Assembly: GCA_038087875.1 (NCBI GenBank)
Contig: CM075997.1
Location: forward strand, 2,420,001-2,484,000
Reading direction: 5' to 3'
DNA length: 64,000 nt
Origin: Malacoraja senta
Taxonomy: Eukaryota
Positions 1 to 13,218 of this stretch are shown piece after piece (the stretch's first letter is position 1; each line of letters begins with the position of its first letter). The position numbers were made by a program, and so were the translations under genes. The notes below the pieces were generated by a model. It was not told the DNA's origin and searched no databases. It saw nothing but the letters and a program-made list of their open reading frames with translations.

Positions 1-465
1 AGTTGGCCAGATGAGGAGAATTTTTATTTACGCAGATGTTTATGGATCTAGAACGTGCTGCCTTTGAAGGGTGGTGAAAGCAGATTTTAGTAGTGATTGT
101 CTGGAGGCAATTTTTCTTGGATAAGTTCTTGGAAAATGTGTGGGATACAGGGTCTAACTCAATAAACCCAGTGTAGGGCAATGGGAAAAAGGCTCTCCTT
201 CACATTGCTTGGTTCTAACCAGATCTAATGATAGGGAGTTACAGACTGACAAAGTCTCAGGATTTGAAATTAAATGTAATAAGAAAACATAAGTGGCATT
301 GTTTCTGGAGGTAAAAGTAGCTTAAAACGAGTTATGGATTTTGTCCGAAAAGCTTCAGGTTTGATATTTCATTTTTGTAGTTTGAAATGTCAGATTTGAA
401 CCTTCTGAATTTTTTTGTTTTTGTTTTTCGTAGTCGGCAGACCAGTACTCTGCATATCGCCACCT

Positions 466-700
466 TGGACAATTTTACATTTTAAACAATTAAACAAGCC
501 TCTTAACCTACAAGCCAATTAACCTACAAACCTGTACGTCTTTGGAGTGTGGGAGGAAACCGAAGAGCTCGGAGAAAACCCACGCAGATCACGGGGAGAA
601 CGTACAAACTCCATACAGACAGCACCCGCAGTTGGGATCGAACCCGGGTCTCTGGCGCTGCATTTTGCTGTAAGGCAGCAACTCCACCGTGACTGCCCTT
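466..700 (-). mobile_element. tRNA-derived V-SINE (HE1-like)
   Basis: B-box ggttcgatcc; V-domain gagtttgtacgttctccccgtg...ttcctcccacactccaaagacgt. Confidence 0.88.
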
Positions 701-1014
701 GAGGTTTAATAAGAAATGTGATTAACCCAGGGACGGTAACGACAAACCACAAACATCAACCATTTTGCGACTGGTTGCTTTGCATTGGCAGCGAAAACTT
801 CTGATGTTGATCCAAAACTTCTCATCTCGAAGGGGGAAACAGGCCAATGGTTCAAGTTAATATTGTTTCTGAAATAAGGTTTGTACCCAAAATTGTGAGC
901 TTAATTTTGTTTCGTTTTTGAGTTATTGGTGGCAATTGGTGGAAGGCCTTTCTCAACCAAGTGGTCTGATGGGGAACCTGGGTTATGTACTTTTTCCTTC
1001 CTACACGTGCACTC

Positions 1015-1020
1015 TTTATT
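1015..1020 (-). promoter_or_regulatory. Candidate polyadenylation signal AATAAA for snap25 (3' UTR about 0.8 kb)
   Basis: tttatt on + strand inside the repeat-free unique region (about 700-1815) downstream of the stop codon. Confidence 0.45.
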
Positions 1021-1815
1021 TCCAATTTCAATCTCACGTCTTTTTGCGGTCTCCAGCAGACGGCCCTCTCTTTGAAGTGAGCAGCTGCAGCTCAGTTCTC
1101 GTCAACTCCCCATCTGATGCCAGCTCCTTTTCCCATTCCCCCCGCGTTAAATGGGAATCCTGCGTTTGCCTGACAGGATTAACAAGTGGCTAATTCCAGG
1201 CTGCAAAAAAGACATCGGAGAAATAATACAAGCAAAATCGCAGCCACTGAGAGGCAGAAAAAAATCTCGGAGTTCGCCAGACATGGCTTCGCTGCTCTGG
1301 CAAGCAGAACTACGGAATGGTTCCACACTGACTGTGTCCCCATTACAAACTGTTTTTCAAACTCTGGGATTTCTGTATCAGACCCCATTAAGAGGGGCCA
1401 CTCCCTTTCTGTGCTGGGGATAACATCTTCAAGAAGGGAAAGGGATTTGCAGTGTGTTTACCGGAATTCAGCTGCACACATTGAGCTCGATTCATGCTCA
1501 TGTTATAACGTGGTTACAGTGAATAATTCATTCATTAAAAAAAAATCAACCAGCACGGAGATAAAAACTAAATCGTACACTTGGTTCACTCAGGGCAAGC
1601 AATTATACTTATTGACATTGAAATATACACCTTACACACTGGAACATTTTGCTACACTGAGAAATGATGAAATAAAGTAAATTGTACAGAGATATTGAAC
1701 CTTGTGGTTTCCTTTCACTACACAGGGACGTGTCCCACCTAGACCTTGGAGATGCTGCGATGGATGTTGGGTTGGGTGTCTCTGGCAGAAAGGAGGACTC
1801 TCATATTGGAACATC

Positions 1816-1875
1816 TCACAGCATCTTGGTGGCATGCTTGTTGGCTTCATCGATGCGGGCTTTGTTCATGTCGCC
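1816..1875 (-). CDS. snap25: SNAP-25 last coding exon: GDMNKARIDEANKHATKML-stop
   Basis: tctttctcttccag acceptor; TGA at 1818-1816; assembled CDS is 633 nt. Confidence 0.96.
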   Translation of the reverse strand, partial: GDMNKARIDEANKHATKML

Positions 1876-1974
1876 CTGGAAGAGAAAGAGAACAAAGCTT
1901 AGATGGGGATTGGAACAGAGCTTGCTGCTGTTTGGGAGAATTTGTATGGGTGCAAACACAATTGCTTTTGAGAG

Positions 1975-2745
1975 TGTGTGATAGTGTGTTAGTGTGTGTA
2001 TGCATGTGCATGTGTATATGTGTGTTAGCGTGTTTGGGTGTGGGCATGTGCATGTGTATATGTGTGTGTGGGTTTGTATGTGTGGGCATGTGTTTGTATG
2101 TGCGCATGTGGGTGTATGTGTGTGAATATGTGTGCGTGTTAAGACCGAGATGAGGAAAAACTTTTTCACACAGAGAGTGGTGAATCTCTGGAACTCTCTG
2201 CCACAGAGGGTAGTTGAGGCCAGTTCATTGGCTATATTTAAGAGGGAGTTAGATGTGGCCCTTGTGACTAAAGGGATCAGGGGGTATGGAGAGAAGGCAG
2301 GTACGGGATACTGAGTTGGATGATCAGCAATGATCATATTGAATGGCGGTGCAGGCTCGAAGGGCCGAATGGCCTACTCCTGCACCTATTTTCTATGTAT
2401 CTATGTATGTAGGTTTATGCGTGAGTATATGTAAATGTATATGTGTGTATGTACAAGTATGTGTATGTGTGTGTATGTACAGGTATGTGTATGTGCCTGT
2501 GTGTGGGTATGTGTGTGTGTATGTGTGAAATTGTGTGTGTATGTATGCATGTGTCTGTGCATGGGTATGTGCGTGTATATGTGTGTGTGTGTGTGGGGGT
2601 ATGTGTGTATGTGTGTGTATGTGTGTGCATATGTGTGCGTACATATGCATGGTGGAGATCATGAGGATCCCTGTGAGTGGTATTAGTACGATGGCATGCA
2701 CGTGCATATTCATTGCGTGTACGTGTATATGGGTGCATATGTGCT
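1975..2745. repeat. Degenerate (TG/TA)n purine-pyrimidine tract
   Basis: Read directly; split by the CR1 fragment at 2141-2410. Confidence 0.9.
2141..2410 (+). mobile_element. CR1 LINE 3' fragment embedded in (TG)n-rich sequence
   Basis: Nearly identical to 10631-10900. Confidence 0.92.
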
Positions 2746-2836
2746 TTGACTCATCATGTATCTTATTCATCGCCACCAGGCTGTGTTGCCCACCGTACTC
2801 CAGCTGGGGTTTGCAACGACACAGTTGAATTCTCAC

Positions 2837-2981
2837 CTTGACCACAATCCTGTCGATCTGGGCGTTCTGAGAGCCAATCTCGTTACTCATGTCGAGCGCC
2901 ATGTGCCGCAGGTTGCCGATGATGCTTCCCACCTGATCCAAGTTTTCTTCCATCTCGTTTTCCCGAGCGTCATCTGTGACT
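2837..2981 (-). CDS. snap25: SNAP-25 exon 7 (145 nt): [48 protein letters not shown], Qc-SNARE helix
   Basis: ggttttag acceptor, gtgaga donor; canonical 145-nt size. Confidence 0.97.
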
Positions 2982-4153
2982 CTAAAACCAGACGAAGAAA
3001 TATGTTCAAACCAGCAGAGTCATAGAGTCTTTCAGTGTGTAAACAGGCCCTTCAGCCCACCTTGCCCACACCGGCCAACATGTCCCATCTATACTAGTCC
3101 CACCTGCCTGTGTTTGGCCCATATCCCTCTAAACCTGTCCTATCCATGTACCTGTCTAAATGTCTCTTAAAGGTTGCGATAGTCCCAGCCTCAACTACCT
3201 CCACCGGCAGCTTGTTCCATACACCCACCACCCTTTGTGTGAAAAAGTTACCCCTCAGATTCCTATTAAATTTTTCCCCCCCTCACCTTAAACCTATGTC
3301 ATCTGGTTGTTAATTTCCCTACTCTGAGCAAGATAATCTGTACGTCTATTCAATCATGGCTGATCTATCTTTCCCTCTCAACCCCATTCTCCTGCCTCCA
3401 CTCCATAACCCCTGACACCTTCTAGATGAAGTCTCTAAATTATGATCCTTTATTTTTGCAATGACCTACAAATGTGTCATTGGCTGCCTCCGTAATTTGG
3501 AAGAGGCAGAGCCCCTAGTTCCCCGAATCCTAACACGTTGCCAGGGTCTCAAGGAACTCGAGACGTGCGGATCCTGAGCTGGAGTGCTGGAGGAACTCAG
3601 CAGGTCAGGCAGCATCTGTGGAGGGAATGGACAGATGACATTTCGGATCGGGGACCCTTCTTCAGTCTGCTTTAAGTTCCTTAGGGGATCATGAGCTATG
3701 TAGAACTAGCAGTGGGGAAGTGGAGCTGAGGACAGCTTCAGATCAGGCAGGATTTGATTAAACAGCAGAGCTTGTCCAAGGGGAAGAATGGCCAACTCCT
3801 GCTCCTCATTCTTATATCCTTCTAAGCATAGCACATTAGGACTACTAACATGCAATATAAAAATGCTGTCACCAGAGCCAAAGAATGCTTACTGATTCTT
3901 AATCCATCAGGTTATTAAATACTGATTCTTAATCCATCGGGTGATTTTCCTTCACTCCATAGATGTTGCTGCACCCACTGAGTTTCTCCAGCACTTTTGT
4001 TTACCTTCGATTCTCCAGCATCTGCAGTTTCTTGTTAAACAAGTCATTAAACACCACAAACTCCAAATAAGCTTTGAACTACTTGGTTTTGTCTTTTTAT
4101 ACTATTATTGTTTGTTTGTTTTTATGTGTATGTATATATGTATATATATATGT

Positions 4154-4482
4154 GTAGTAGGCCCCTCTTGGTCATGACTGACCATGGGTGATGCATCCTG
4201 GTCGGATGCAAGCCTGGGCGATGTCATATGGAGGACAGGCTGTTGCCCATGCAGCACGTCCCCCCTCTCCACGTCCCTGATCGATCCAATGGAACAACAG
4301 GGCCGTTACAGTTTGGCACCAGCGCCGTCGCAGGAGCTGCCAGAGCGAGGTTGTAGACAACGACGAACTGCCTTAGGGGCTCCGACTCCGGATTTTCTTG
4401 AGGTTTACTCCTGGAGCCTTTTCCATGACTGGATATGGCCACAAGGCAGTGGAAGTTTTAAATCGGAGTTTTCTCTCTCCTA
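4154..4482 (-). mobile_element. Probable RTE-derived non-autonomous element inserted in a (TA/TG)n tract
   Basis: GC-rich island with (TAC)n-like 3' end and a 5' part (aaaactcc...ccactgccttgtggcc...ggagtaaacc) resembling RTE 5' UTRs from memory. Confidence 0.45.
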
Positions 4483-4932
4483 TATATATACACATATGTA
4501 CACACACACACACACATATGTATATGTATCTGTGCATATATGTGTATGTATATATGCATATGCATGCATATATGTGCATGTCGTAAGGAATAGGAGTAGA
4601 ATTAGGCCATTCAGCCCATCAAGTCTACTCTGCCATTCAATCATGGCTGATGTATCTCTCCCTCCTAACCCCATTCTTCTGCCTTGTCCCCAATGTATAT
4701 ATATAAATGTGTGAGTGTGAGTGAGTGTGTGTGTATGTATATATATATATATATATATACGCACACACTGAACTTCTTTTCTTGTTTAATATATTGTTTA
4801 TAGAGTACTTTGTTTCCATATTCTGTTGTGTTGCTGCTGGTAAGAATGTCATTGTTCGATCTGGGACACACACTCTTGACTTGGAAAGTAGGAAAGTCCG
4901 AACTTTCCGAGGGAAAAAAAGAAGTATTTTAC

Positions 4933-5067
4933 CTCCGGATATATCCTCCGCTCATGGCCATCTGCTCGCGGTCATCCATCACTCGAGCCGGCTGGCTGGC
5001 CACCACACCGTCCTGGTTGTTCCCCCACACCTTCTTGTAGGCTCCTCCGCCCTCAAAGTTCTTTAAC
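4933..5067 (-). CDS. snap25: SNAP-25 exon 6 (135 nt): [45 protein letters not shown] linker
   Basis: ttctccttccaag acceptor, gtaaaa donor; [16 protein letters not shown] motif; phase 2 at both ends. Not present in the ORF track. Confidence 0.96.
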
Positions 5068-6019
5068 CTTGGAAGGAGAAAATGGACGAAGAGTTTGGTT
5101 GCTTCAAAACTCCCCGTGGCGTGAAGGCCAGCCCCTTGCTGGTTCCAGACAGTGCCCAGAGGTCACATAGGTATCACTAGATGACACAAAAGCCACCACT
5201 AGTCCGTCGGACGTGTTGTTTTATATTAAGGTAGGTTTTCCAAGAGAGTTTGGTTGATGTCTATCCCAAAGATCTCAATGCAAGAAGATGAAACTAGGCA
5301 ACCGATGGCTTCAAACTATAACATACCCAGAACATGCAGACATGCTAGCAAACCCAGTCTCATAGATAGTCTACAAGCAACGTGCAACCAAAGTGTTTCA
5401 CCAAATATGCACACCCATAAAAAGGGTATTTGTAAGAACACTCTTTTATATAACTGTGCTGGGTGAGTACCTGTTTTTTCTTTCCCCATTCAATTTTCCC
5501 TTCTTCGCTCCATAAGATGCACTCTCTGCGTTGGCGTTTAGGAGAATTAAGGCAGCCCTGATGTGGTGGCACATTAGCGACGATGCCATTCCAAAGGCAG
5601 AGTGGGTTTCGATTGAGTAAATGCATGGTCAATCCAGCCTGCCGCCGAGTTGCTTTAAATGGCTGAGATTGAACTGAAGCACAACATTACCATGCAATAC
5701 CCTCCCATTCCATGGAGCACTGGAGAAATACTCTGCCTAGATTGGCAACTATTGTTGACAACTATTGTTCAGTTTGATTTCTCTCTTCCACTCTGAATAG
5801 GACCATTAACCAAGTCAATTGGCATTGATATTTTTTTTTAGTCAACTCTTCTCCAAATAATTGCTGTCGTCTTTTAATAGATACTCATTGAGAGAAATAA
5901 AAAATGTTATGCTCTGTGTTAAAAATTGACTGGGTGATGAACAATTGTGGACTACTATTTTACTTATCTTGCCAAGTTATTTAATTATGCTATTGTGTCA
6001 ACATTGTCTAAGATACTAA

Positions 6020-6559
6020 AGGGGCTGTCCCACTTGGGCGACCTAATTGGCTAGTTTAGAAGAGTTTGAAAAAATGACATGTTGAAGACCTCCCTCGGCT
6101 ATGTTGAAGACCAGCTTCGACTAGCTACGACTAACTTCGGGAAAATTGGACACCGAATAGCAGAGAGTGAAGACGGCCTCCTTCGATCTCCTTCGACCTC
6201 CCTTTGACCTCCCCTCGACTATGATGAAGACTATCTACGACTACCTTTGACTATCTTCGACTAGCCTCGATTACCTACGACTAACATGCCGATCTACTAC
6301 GACCAACTACGACTAAACCTACGAGTGAAAAAAGTATCGATTTTTTTCCATGGCGACCTTTTTTTACTCGCGGGCATTTTTTAACAGATTGAAAAAAACG
6401 CCGCGACCTAGCTGAGGCCTCGAGTACGCGGAGACCACTCTCGAACATGAAGGAGAGTTACGAAGACCTCCTACGACCTCGTGTCGACCATGCTGCGAGT
6501 ATGTCGAGGGCAACCTCGCCAGAACTCGCGGATTAGGTCGCCCAAGTGGGACAGCCCCT
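6020..6559. mobile_element. PIF/Harbinger-type MITE
   Basis: TIR aggggctgtcccacttgggcgacctaat; TAA TSD on both sides; internal (ctacga/ttcgac)n micro-repeats. Confidence 0.9.
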
Positions 6560-7263
6560 TAAAGTTTCTCTTACATTGCACTCAAAAAACTATTTCAATG
6601 GGACTACCCAGTCACCTTTTCCTTTTCCTTCGCTCCATAGATGCTGCCTCACCCGCTGAGTTTCCCAGCATTTACCTTCAATGGGACTACAGTTCTTTCA
6701 GAGATTTTGAATACAAGAAAGAACATTATAGATGCAACGCTTCTTTCTCAATTTAGTTTTGCTATGTCAAGTATCACAATGATCAACCCACAGAGAGAAG
6801 TTCCATTCAATGGAGCGTGTTTCTGAACTTCCTGCAAAGCTGACTCCAAATTGCATGTGAAAGCAGCTCAGAATCAGCTAAAGAGGCCAAATGCTGGATG
6901 AGTTTGGAAGACATTTAATTCGATGCTCGTATAGGTTTGTAACTTTTAGGAAAAAGGAAACAGCTGCATTAAGTTAAGGGTCTCGACCCGAAACATCATC
7001 CATTCCTTCTCTCCAGAGATGCTGCCAGTCCCGCTGAGCTACCCCAGCTTTTTGTGTCTATCTTCGGTTTAAACCAGCATCTGCAGTTCCTTCCTATACA
7101 TTATTTATATATTTATTTCAATTCCTTTAAATGAGGTGAAGAGTCATGAATCCATGCAGCACAGAAACAGGCCATGTGGCCCACCATGTCTCTGCCAACT
7201 ATCTGGTACTTATTTATATTAATTCTCTTTACTAACACTTGGTCCATTGCATCCTATGCCTTA

Positions 7264-7625
7264 AGGGCCTGTCCCACTTACGCGACCTTTACAGGCGACT
7301 GCCGGCACCCGTGATAGGTCGCCGAAATTTTCAACACGTTGAAAATTCAGCGGCGACCAGAAAGACGCTACGACTCTTTGGAGACCTCTCACAACCATAG
7401 GAGACCTCTCACGACAATACAGGCTGTATGGTCGTGAGAGGCTCCTATTGTCGTGAGAGGTCGCCCGCGAAATGGCACCAGGAGTCGCCTGTATGGTCGT
7501 GAGAGGTCTCCTGTGGTCGTGAGAGGTCTCCAAAGAGTCGTAGCGTCTTTCTGATCGCCGCTGAATTTTCAACATCACGGGTGCCGGAAGTCGCCTGTAA
7601 AGGTCGCTTAAGTGAGACAGGCCCT
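7264..7625. mobile_element. PIF/Harbinger-type MITE
   Basis: TIR agggcctgtcccactta...; TTA TSD; long internal inverted symmetry. Confidence 0.9.
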
Positions 7626-9133
7626 TTAGAGTTTCAAGTGATCATCTAGATACTTATTAAATGACTTCATCATCCACTCACGCAGGGCATTTCAGATTCC
7701 AACAACCTACCAGGTGGAAATTGTCTTCCCCGGATCCCCCTCAAAAAACTTTTTATCTCTTACCCCGAAACTATGCCCTCTTGTTATGGATACATTTGCG
7801 ATGGGGATTTGTTTCCTATTAACTACCCTATCAATGCCCCTCATAGTTACGTATATCTCCATCGGGTCCCTCATGGAAAAATCTCCAAAGAAGACACAGA
7901 AAGGGTCGGCTTGAGAAATGACCATCACAACCCAGTTCAGCAGTGGTCTGCAATATATGTCCAGCTCTATATAGACACATGAGCATTTCTATATTCTTAA
8001 TGCTCAGGAGGCATTTCCTAATGACTAGTGGGGTGAAACAATTATGGTGTAAGGTACAATGAGAAATGCTGGTATTATCTCTCACCAAGGGAACAAATGG
8101 ACCCAAAACTGGAAAAATATTTTTTTTCTCTCCGGGCAGGCTGGAAGATGAATTTATGGCCAAGTGCTAGTCATGGAAACAGGCCCTTTGGCCCAACTTG
8201 TCCACACCGGCCAACATATCCCAGCTACACTAGTCCCACCTGCCTGCATTTGGCCTACATCCCTCACAAACCTGTTAAGATAATGGACAGAGAAATAGTG
8301 TAGAAATGGCTCAGCACTGTAACAGTGGGTCTGTGTGGGTGATTGGTGTCAGGGTGTTCAACTAACTTCATGTTCCACCCCATTCAGAGTCCAGAACCAG
8401 GGGTCACAGTTGAAGGATAAGGGGTAGGCCATTTAGGACTGAGAGGACTTCTCACCCAGAGTTGTGAATCTGTGGAATTCTCTGCCGCAGAAGGCAGTGG
8501 AGGCCAATTCACTGGACGTTTTCAAGAGAAAGTTAGATTTAGCTCTTAGGGCTAATTGAATCAAGGGATGTGGGGAAAAAGCAGGAATGGGGGAACTGAT
8601 TTTGGATGATTGGCCGTGATCATATTGAATGGCGGTGCTGGCTCGAAGGTCCGAATGGCCTACTCCTGCACCTATATTCTATGTTTCTATTGATGGTGGT
8701 ATTCTAACTGTAGTGCAATTCCCTTCCATGGGACAATTCTATTCTATACATCGCCATGGACATGCAACCCCACTTGGCTCAGTAGGTGATAGACTATGTT
8801 GTTCCCAATCTGGTTTGGACGGTAATCACAACATTATACTACCAGCAGGGTGAAAGGGTAGATCAAGATCAAGTAGACCTGTCTATGGTTGGGGTGGAGA
8901 TTCCTAATGCTTAGTTGAATACTGCAAGGAATTCCGAGCGGAAGTGCACTAAAATCCCATCAACCTGGGTGGATCGGAGAGAAATGTCTTCAATTTTCTT
9001 CTCCCCTTCAAATTGATCACGGTGCTTCAGTCTTTCCCAGTTTTGGTGGGATGAGCCATATATCCCTAACATATCATAATTACACAGGGCAGACACGTTG
9101 GACTGTAAGGCTGATTCTTTGTCCTAATTGTTA

Positions 9134-9772
9134 CATAGAAACATAGAAACATAGAAAATAGGTGCAGGAGGAGGCCATTCAGCCCTTCGAGCCAGCACCC
9201 CCATTCATTGCGATCATGGCTGATCGTCCCCAATCAATAACCCGTGCCTGCCTTCTCCCCATATCCCTTGATTCCACTAGCCCCTAGAGCTCTATCTAAC
9301 TCACTCTTAAATCCATCCAGTGATTTGGCCTCCACTGCCCTCTGTGGCAGGGAATTCCACAAATTCACAACTCTCTGGGTGAAACAGTTTTTTCTCACCT
9401 CAGTCTTAAATGGCCTCCCCTTTATTCTAAGACTGTGGCCCCTGGTTCTGGACTCGCCCAACATTGGGAACATTTTCCCTGCATCTAGCTTGTCCAGTAC
9501 TTTTATAATTTGATATGTTTCTATAAGATCCCCCCTCATCCTTCTAAACTCCAGTGAATACAAGCCTAGTCTTTTCAATCTTTCCTCATATGACAGTCCC
9601 GCCATCCCAGGGATCAATCTCGTGAACCTACCTCAATCACTGCCTCAATCACAAGGATGTCCTTCCTCAAATTAGGAGACCAAAACTGTACGGAATACTC
9701 CAGATGTGGTCTTACCAGAGCCCTATACAACTGCAGAAGAACCTCTCTACTCCTATACTGAAATCCTCTTGT
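9134..9772 (-). mobile_element. CR1 LINE 3' fragment
   Basis: LSYEERLKRLGLYSLEFRRMRGDLIE...FTQRVVNLWNSLP; octamer tail; boundaries approximate. Confidence 0.93.
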
Positions 9773-10417
9773 TATATAATGTTCTAATATACAAGAGGAA
9801 CTTCTTGTCAGCTCTGATGCTGGAAATCCCCTCTATCTATTATCCACTTTGTATTTATGATGTCGGTGTAGTTTTTGAGCAATGGGGTGTGGGTACTCAC
9901 TATATGCAGGGGCTTTGCACATAGATATTATCTCACAACATTGCACACTGATTGGAGAAATTCAAATAGGACTCATTGGCCCATTGTTAACCAAGCACTG
10001 AGACGGAAAAGTCATATCTCCAGGAACTTCAGAAATTCATGAGGTTGTGAACTAAGACCAGAGCATATCTGATGCCCATCAATACATCTCGGAGACTGGC
10101 TAAATGGTGTGGCCATATCACAGATTCACAAATGGACATAGAGATGGAGATAGAAACACTGATGGAGCTGTGTGAATAGTGGACACACATCTGAGCAACT
10201 GAACGACCCTGTCAACAACTAGAGAGCGGTCCTGAGCTACCATCTACCTCATTGGAGGCCCTCGGATTATCGTTAACCGGACTATACTGGACTTTATCTT
10301 GCACCAAACGTCATTGCAAACGCAATGCAAGAATTGCATTGTCCTATCTGGGACACATGACAAAAAATCTCTTGACTTGACTTGATTCCCATGATCCTGT
10401 CTCTGTACACTGTGGAA

Positions 10418-10902
10418 GACTGATTCCTGGGATGTCAGGACTTTCATATGAAGAAAGACTGGATAGACTTGGCTTATACTCGCTAGAATTTAGGAGATTG
10501 AGAGGGGATCTTATAGAAACGTACAAAATTCTTATGGGGTTGGACAGGCTAGATGCAGGAAGATTGTTCCCGATGTTGGGGAAGTCCAGGACAAGGGGTC
10601 ACAGCTTAAGGATAAGGGGGAAATCCTTTAAGACCGAGATGAGGAAAAACTTTTTCACACAGAGAGTGGTGAATCTCTGGAACTCTCTGCCACAGAGGGT
10701 AGTTGAGGCCAGTTCATTGGCTATATTTAAGAGGGAATTAGATGTGGCCCTTGTGGCTAAAGGGATCAGGGGGTATGGAGAGAAGGCAGGTACGGGATAC
10801 TGAGTTGGATGATCAGCCATGATCGTATTGAATGGCGGTGCAGGCTCGAAGGGCCGAATGGCCTACTCCTGCACCTATTTTCTATGTATCTATGTATCTA
10901 TG
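10418..10902 (+). mobile_element. CR1 LINE 3' fragment
   Basis: Same ORF2 C-terminus and 3' UTR, with (ctatgtat)n tail. Confidence 0.93.
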
Positions 10903-11473
10903 TAATCGTGTGTAGTCTTTCCGCTGACTGGAGAGCATGCAACAAAGGCTTTTCACTCTACCTCAGTACAGAAGGCAATAAACCAAACTGGATGGCGTGC
11001 GACTTCAAAGGGAACCTGTGATCCCTAGTGGCAAGAGCCCGTGCATTCGGGAGATGCTGGCGGAGTAGTTTAGGGGAGCTCCAAAAGAACTGCAAACCCG
11101 TGTCCGTGTGAGGACTGACTGGCGTGCAGCCACTAGGAAGACGGTCAGCAGTGTCGAGGACAATGGCCGAAGCCGACTCGTTAGTGCCAGAGGCATGAGA
11201 ATGGCTGCAAGCCCTAAATCCTCCCCACAGCGGTCTTCATGTGCCTCCACTCTTCCCGCGTGCGTGACTCACACATCAGACCCGTGAGCCACACCCGATC
11301 CCACAGGACATAAGGCTCCACAACCATGCTACCACGGGCCACCAGCAGGTTAGGGTAGGGGCAACGATTAAGTGGGCTGCTTTGCTCTGTAAGGCGTTCA
11401 ACTCCTTGAATGTTATTGGAGCGGTTATTCAAGGCGAGAGTACTCCATCTGACTACTGATCACCTTGTAAATG

Positions 11474-11792
11474 TTTAGTTTAGTTTAGAGATACAGTGCG
11501 GAAACAGGCCCTTCAGCCCACCAGGTCCACGCACATTAACACCATCCAACATACTACGATGGTGTTTTATACTAGGGACAATTTTTGTACACATACGCCA
11601 AGCCAATTAACCTACATACCTGTACGTCTTTGGAGTGTGGGAGGAAACCGAAGATCTCGGAGAAAACCCACGCGGTTACGGGGAGAACGTACAAACTCCG
11701 TACAGACGGCACCGGGAGTGGGGATCGAACCCGGGTCTCTGGTGCTGCAAGCGCTGTAAAGCAGCAACTCCACCGCTGCGCCACCGTGCTGC
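11474..11792 (-). mobile_element. V-SINE (HE1-like), full length
   Basis: A/B boxes, V-domain, CR1-like tail, (ctaaa)n end. Confidence 0.9.
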
Positions 11793-12369
11793 CCACCTTG
11801 CAAATGGTAGAAAAACTTTGAAGTGCCAGGGCTTTCAAACAGCATTGGGTACCCAGCTTCTGAGCTGCCTGTGTAGCCTTAGTGCCTATGTAGCTGGTCC
11901 TGTTGTTGACTTTCTGGTCAATGAGGACTAGTGGCATGTTGACGGTAAATTGTCTGGCACTGTTGTGGAGAGAACATAATCTGATGAATAAGGTGATTAT
12001 TGCTGCACTCGGGCGAGGAGCGTTACATTAGTTGAGGACTGGGAACTGGAATTGAACAATGGGCGGGCAATCAGCAGCAAATATTTTTGACTTGCGATGC
12101 ACACAACATCATTGGTGAAGTAATTGATGATGACTGGGCCTAAATCATCCGGCTGGGATCAAGGAGTTCCAACAAACGCAACCATCGTCCTTCGTGCAAT
12201 GTATCACTCGAATCATTGCAGAATTTTCCCATTGACTCCCACTGACCTCAGTTTTACTGGGACTGTTCGGTTACACGTTCAATGCTGCCTTGGGATCTGG
12301 AGAAGTCACTCCCATCTCACCTCCAAAAGTCAGCTCTTTGGTTGATATTTAGACTCAGGCAGAGATGCG

Positions 12370-12672
12370 GTTTAGTTTAATTTAGTGATACAGCGCGGAA
12401 ACAGGCTCTTCGGCCCACCGACTCCGCGCCGACCAGCGATCCCGTTCACTATCTCCATACACACGAGGGACAATTTACAATTTAACCGAAGCCAATTAAC
12501 GTACAAATCTGTACGTCTTTGGAGTGTGGGAGGAACCCGGAGATCCTGGAGTAAACCCCACGCGGTCACGGGGAGAACGTACAAACTCCGTCGGGACAAC
12601 CACCCGTGGTCAGGATAGAACCCGGGTCTCTGGCGCTATAAGGCAGCAACTCTACCGCTGTGCCACCGTGCC
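12370..12672 (-). mobile_element. V-SINE (HE1-like), full length
   Basis: A/B boxes, V-domain, CR1-like tail, (ctaaa)n end. Confidence 0.9.
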
Positions 12673-12924
12673 ACAGAGTCTGGAGCTGACTGGTCCTGGT
12701 GTTACCCAAACCTGCCATGGATGACCAGCTCATTGTAACACAATGCTGTCACAGTCATCTTGCCCCCTTACTGATGATTGACTGTACACTGCTTGGACAG
12801 TAATTAGCCAGAATGGATTTGTCCTGCTTTTTGTGAACAAGACATATCAGGCCAATTTTCCAAATTGTTAGGTTGATGCTGGTCTTGTAACTGTGGTGGA
12901 ACAGCCTGGCTCGAGACACATCCA

Positions 12925-13218
12925 GTTTAGTTTAGTTTAGTTTAAAGATACAGCGCGGAAACATGCCCTTTGTCCCACCGAGTCCACGCCGACCAGCGAT
13001 CCCCGAATGTTAACATTATCCTACACACTAGGGGGCAATTTACAATTTCTTACCGAAGCCAATTAAACCACAAACTTGTACGTCTTTGAAGTGTGGAAGG
13101 AAACTAGAGCAACCGGGGAAAACCCACGCGGTCACGGGGAGAACGCACACGAGGGCTGGGTGGAACCGAGGTATCTGGCGCTGTGAGGCAGCAACTCTAC
13201 CGCTGCGCCACCCTGCCC
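12925..13218 (-). mobile_element. V-SINE (HE1-like)
   Basis: V-domain, CR1-like tail and (ctaaa)n end; head partly degraded. Confidence 0.88.

Noticed and set aside
1186..1680. 164-aa + strand ORF in unique sequence
   Set aside because: Antisense to the snap25 3' UTR with no recognisable domain
1847..2828. His/Thr- and Cys/Val-rich ORFs (also 4373-4873 and 36202-37344)
   Set aside because: Translations of (CA/TG/TA)n tracts, not genes
2393..2953. 186-aa ORF starting MEENLDQ as a stand-alone gene
   Set aside because: Only 2837-2981 is exon; the remainder reads through the donor into microsatellite
3890..3938. 19-bp direct repeat tactgattcttaatccatc (similar case at 22774-22809)
   Set aside because: Small local tandem duplications with no sign of function
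6100..6320. CRISPR-like or coding repeat array (ctacga/ttcgac)
   Set aside because: Short degenerate micro-repeats with no spacers, inside a TIR-bounded MITE in a vertebrate intron
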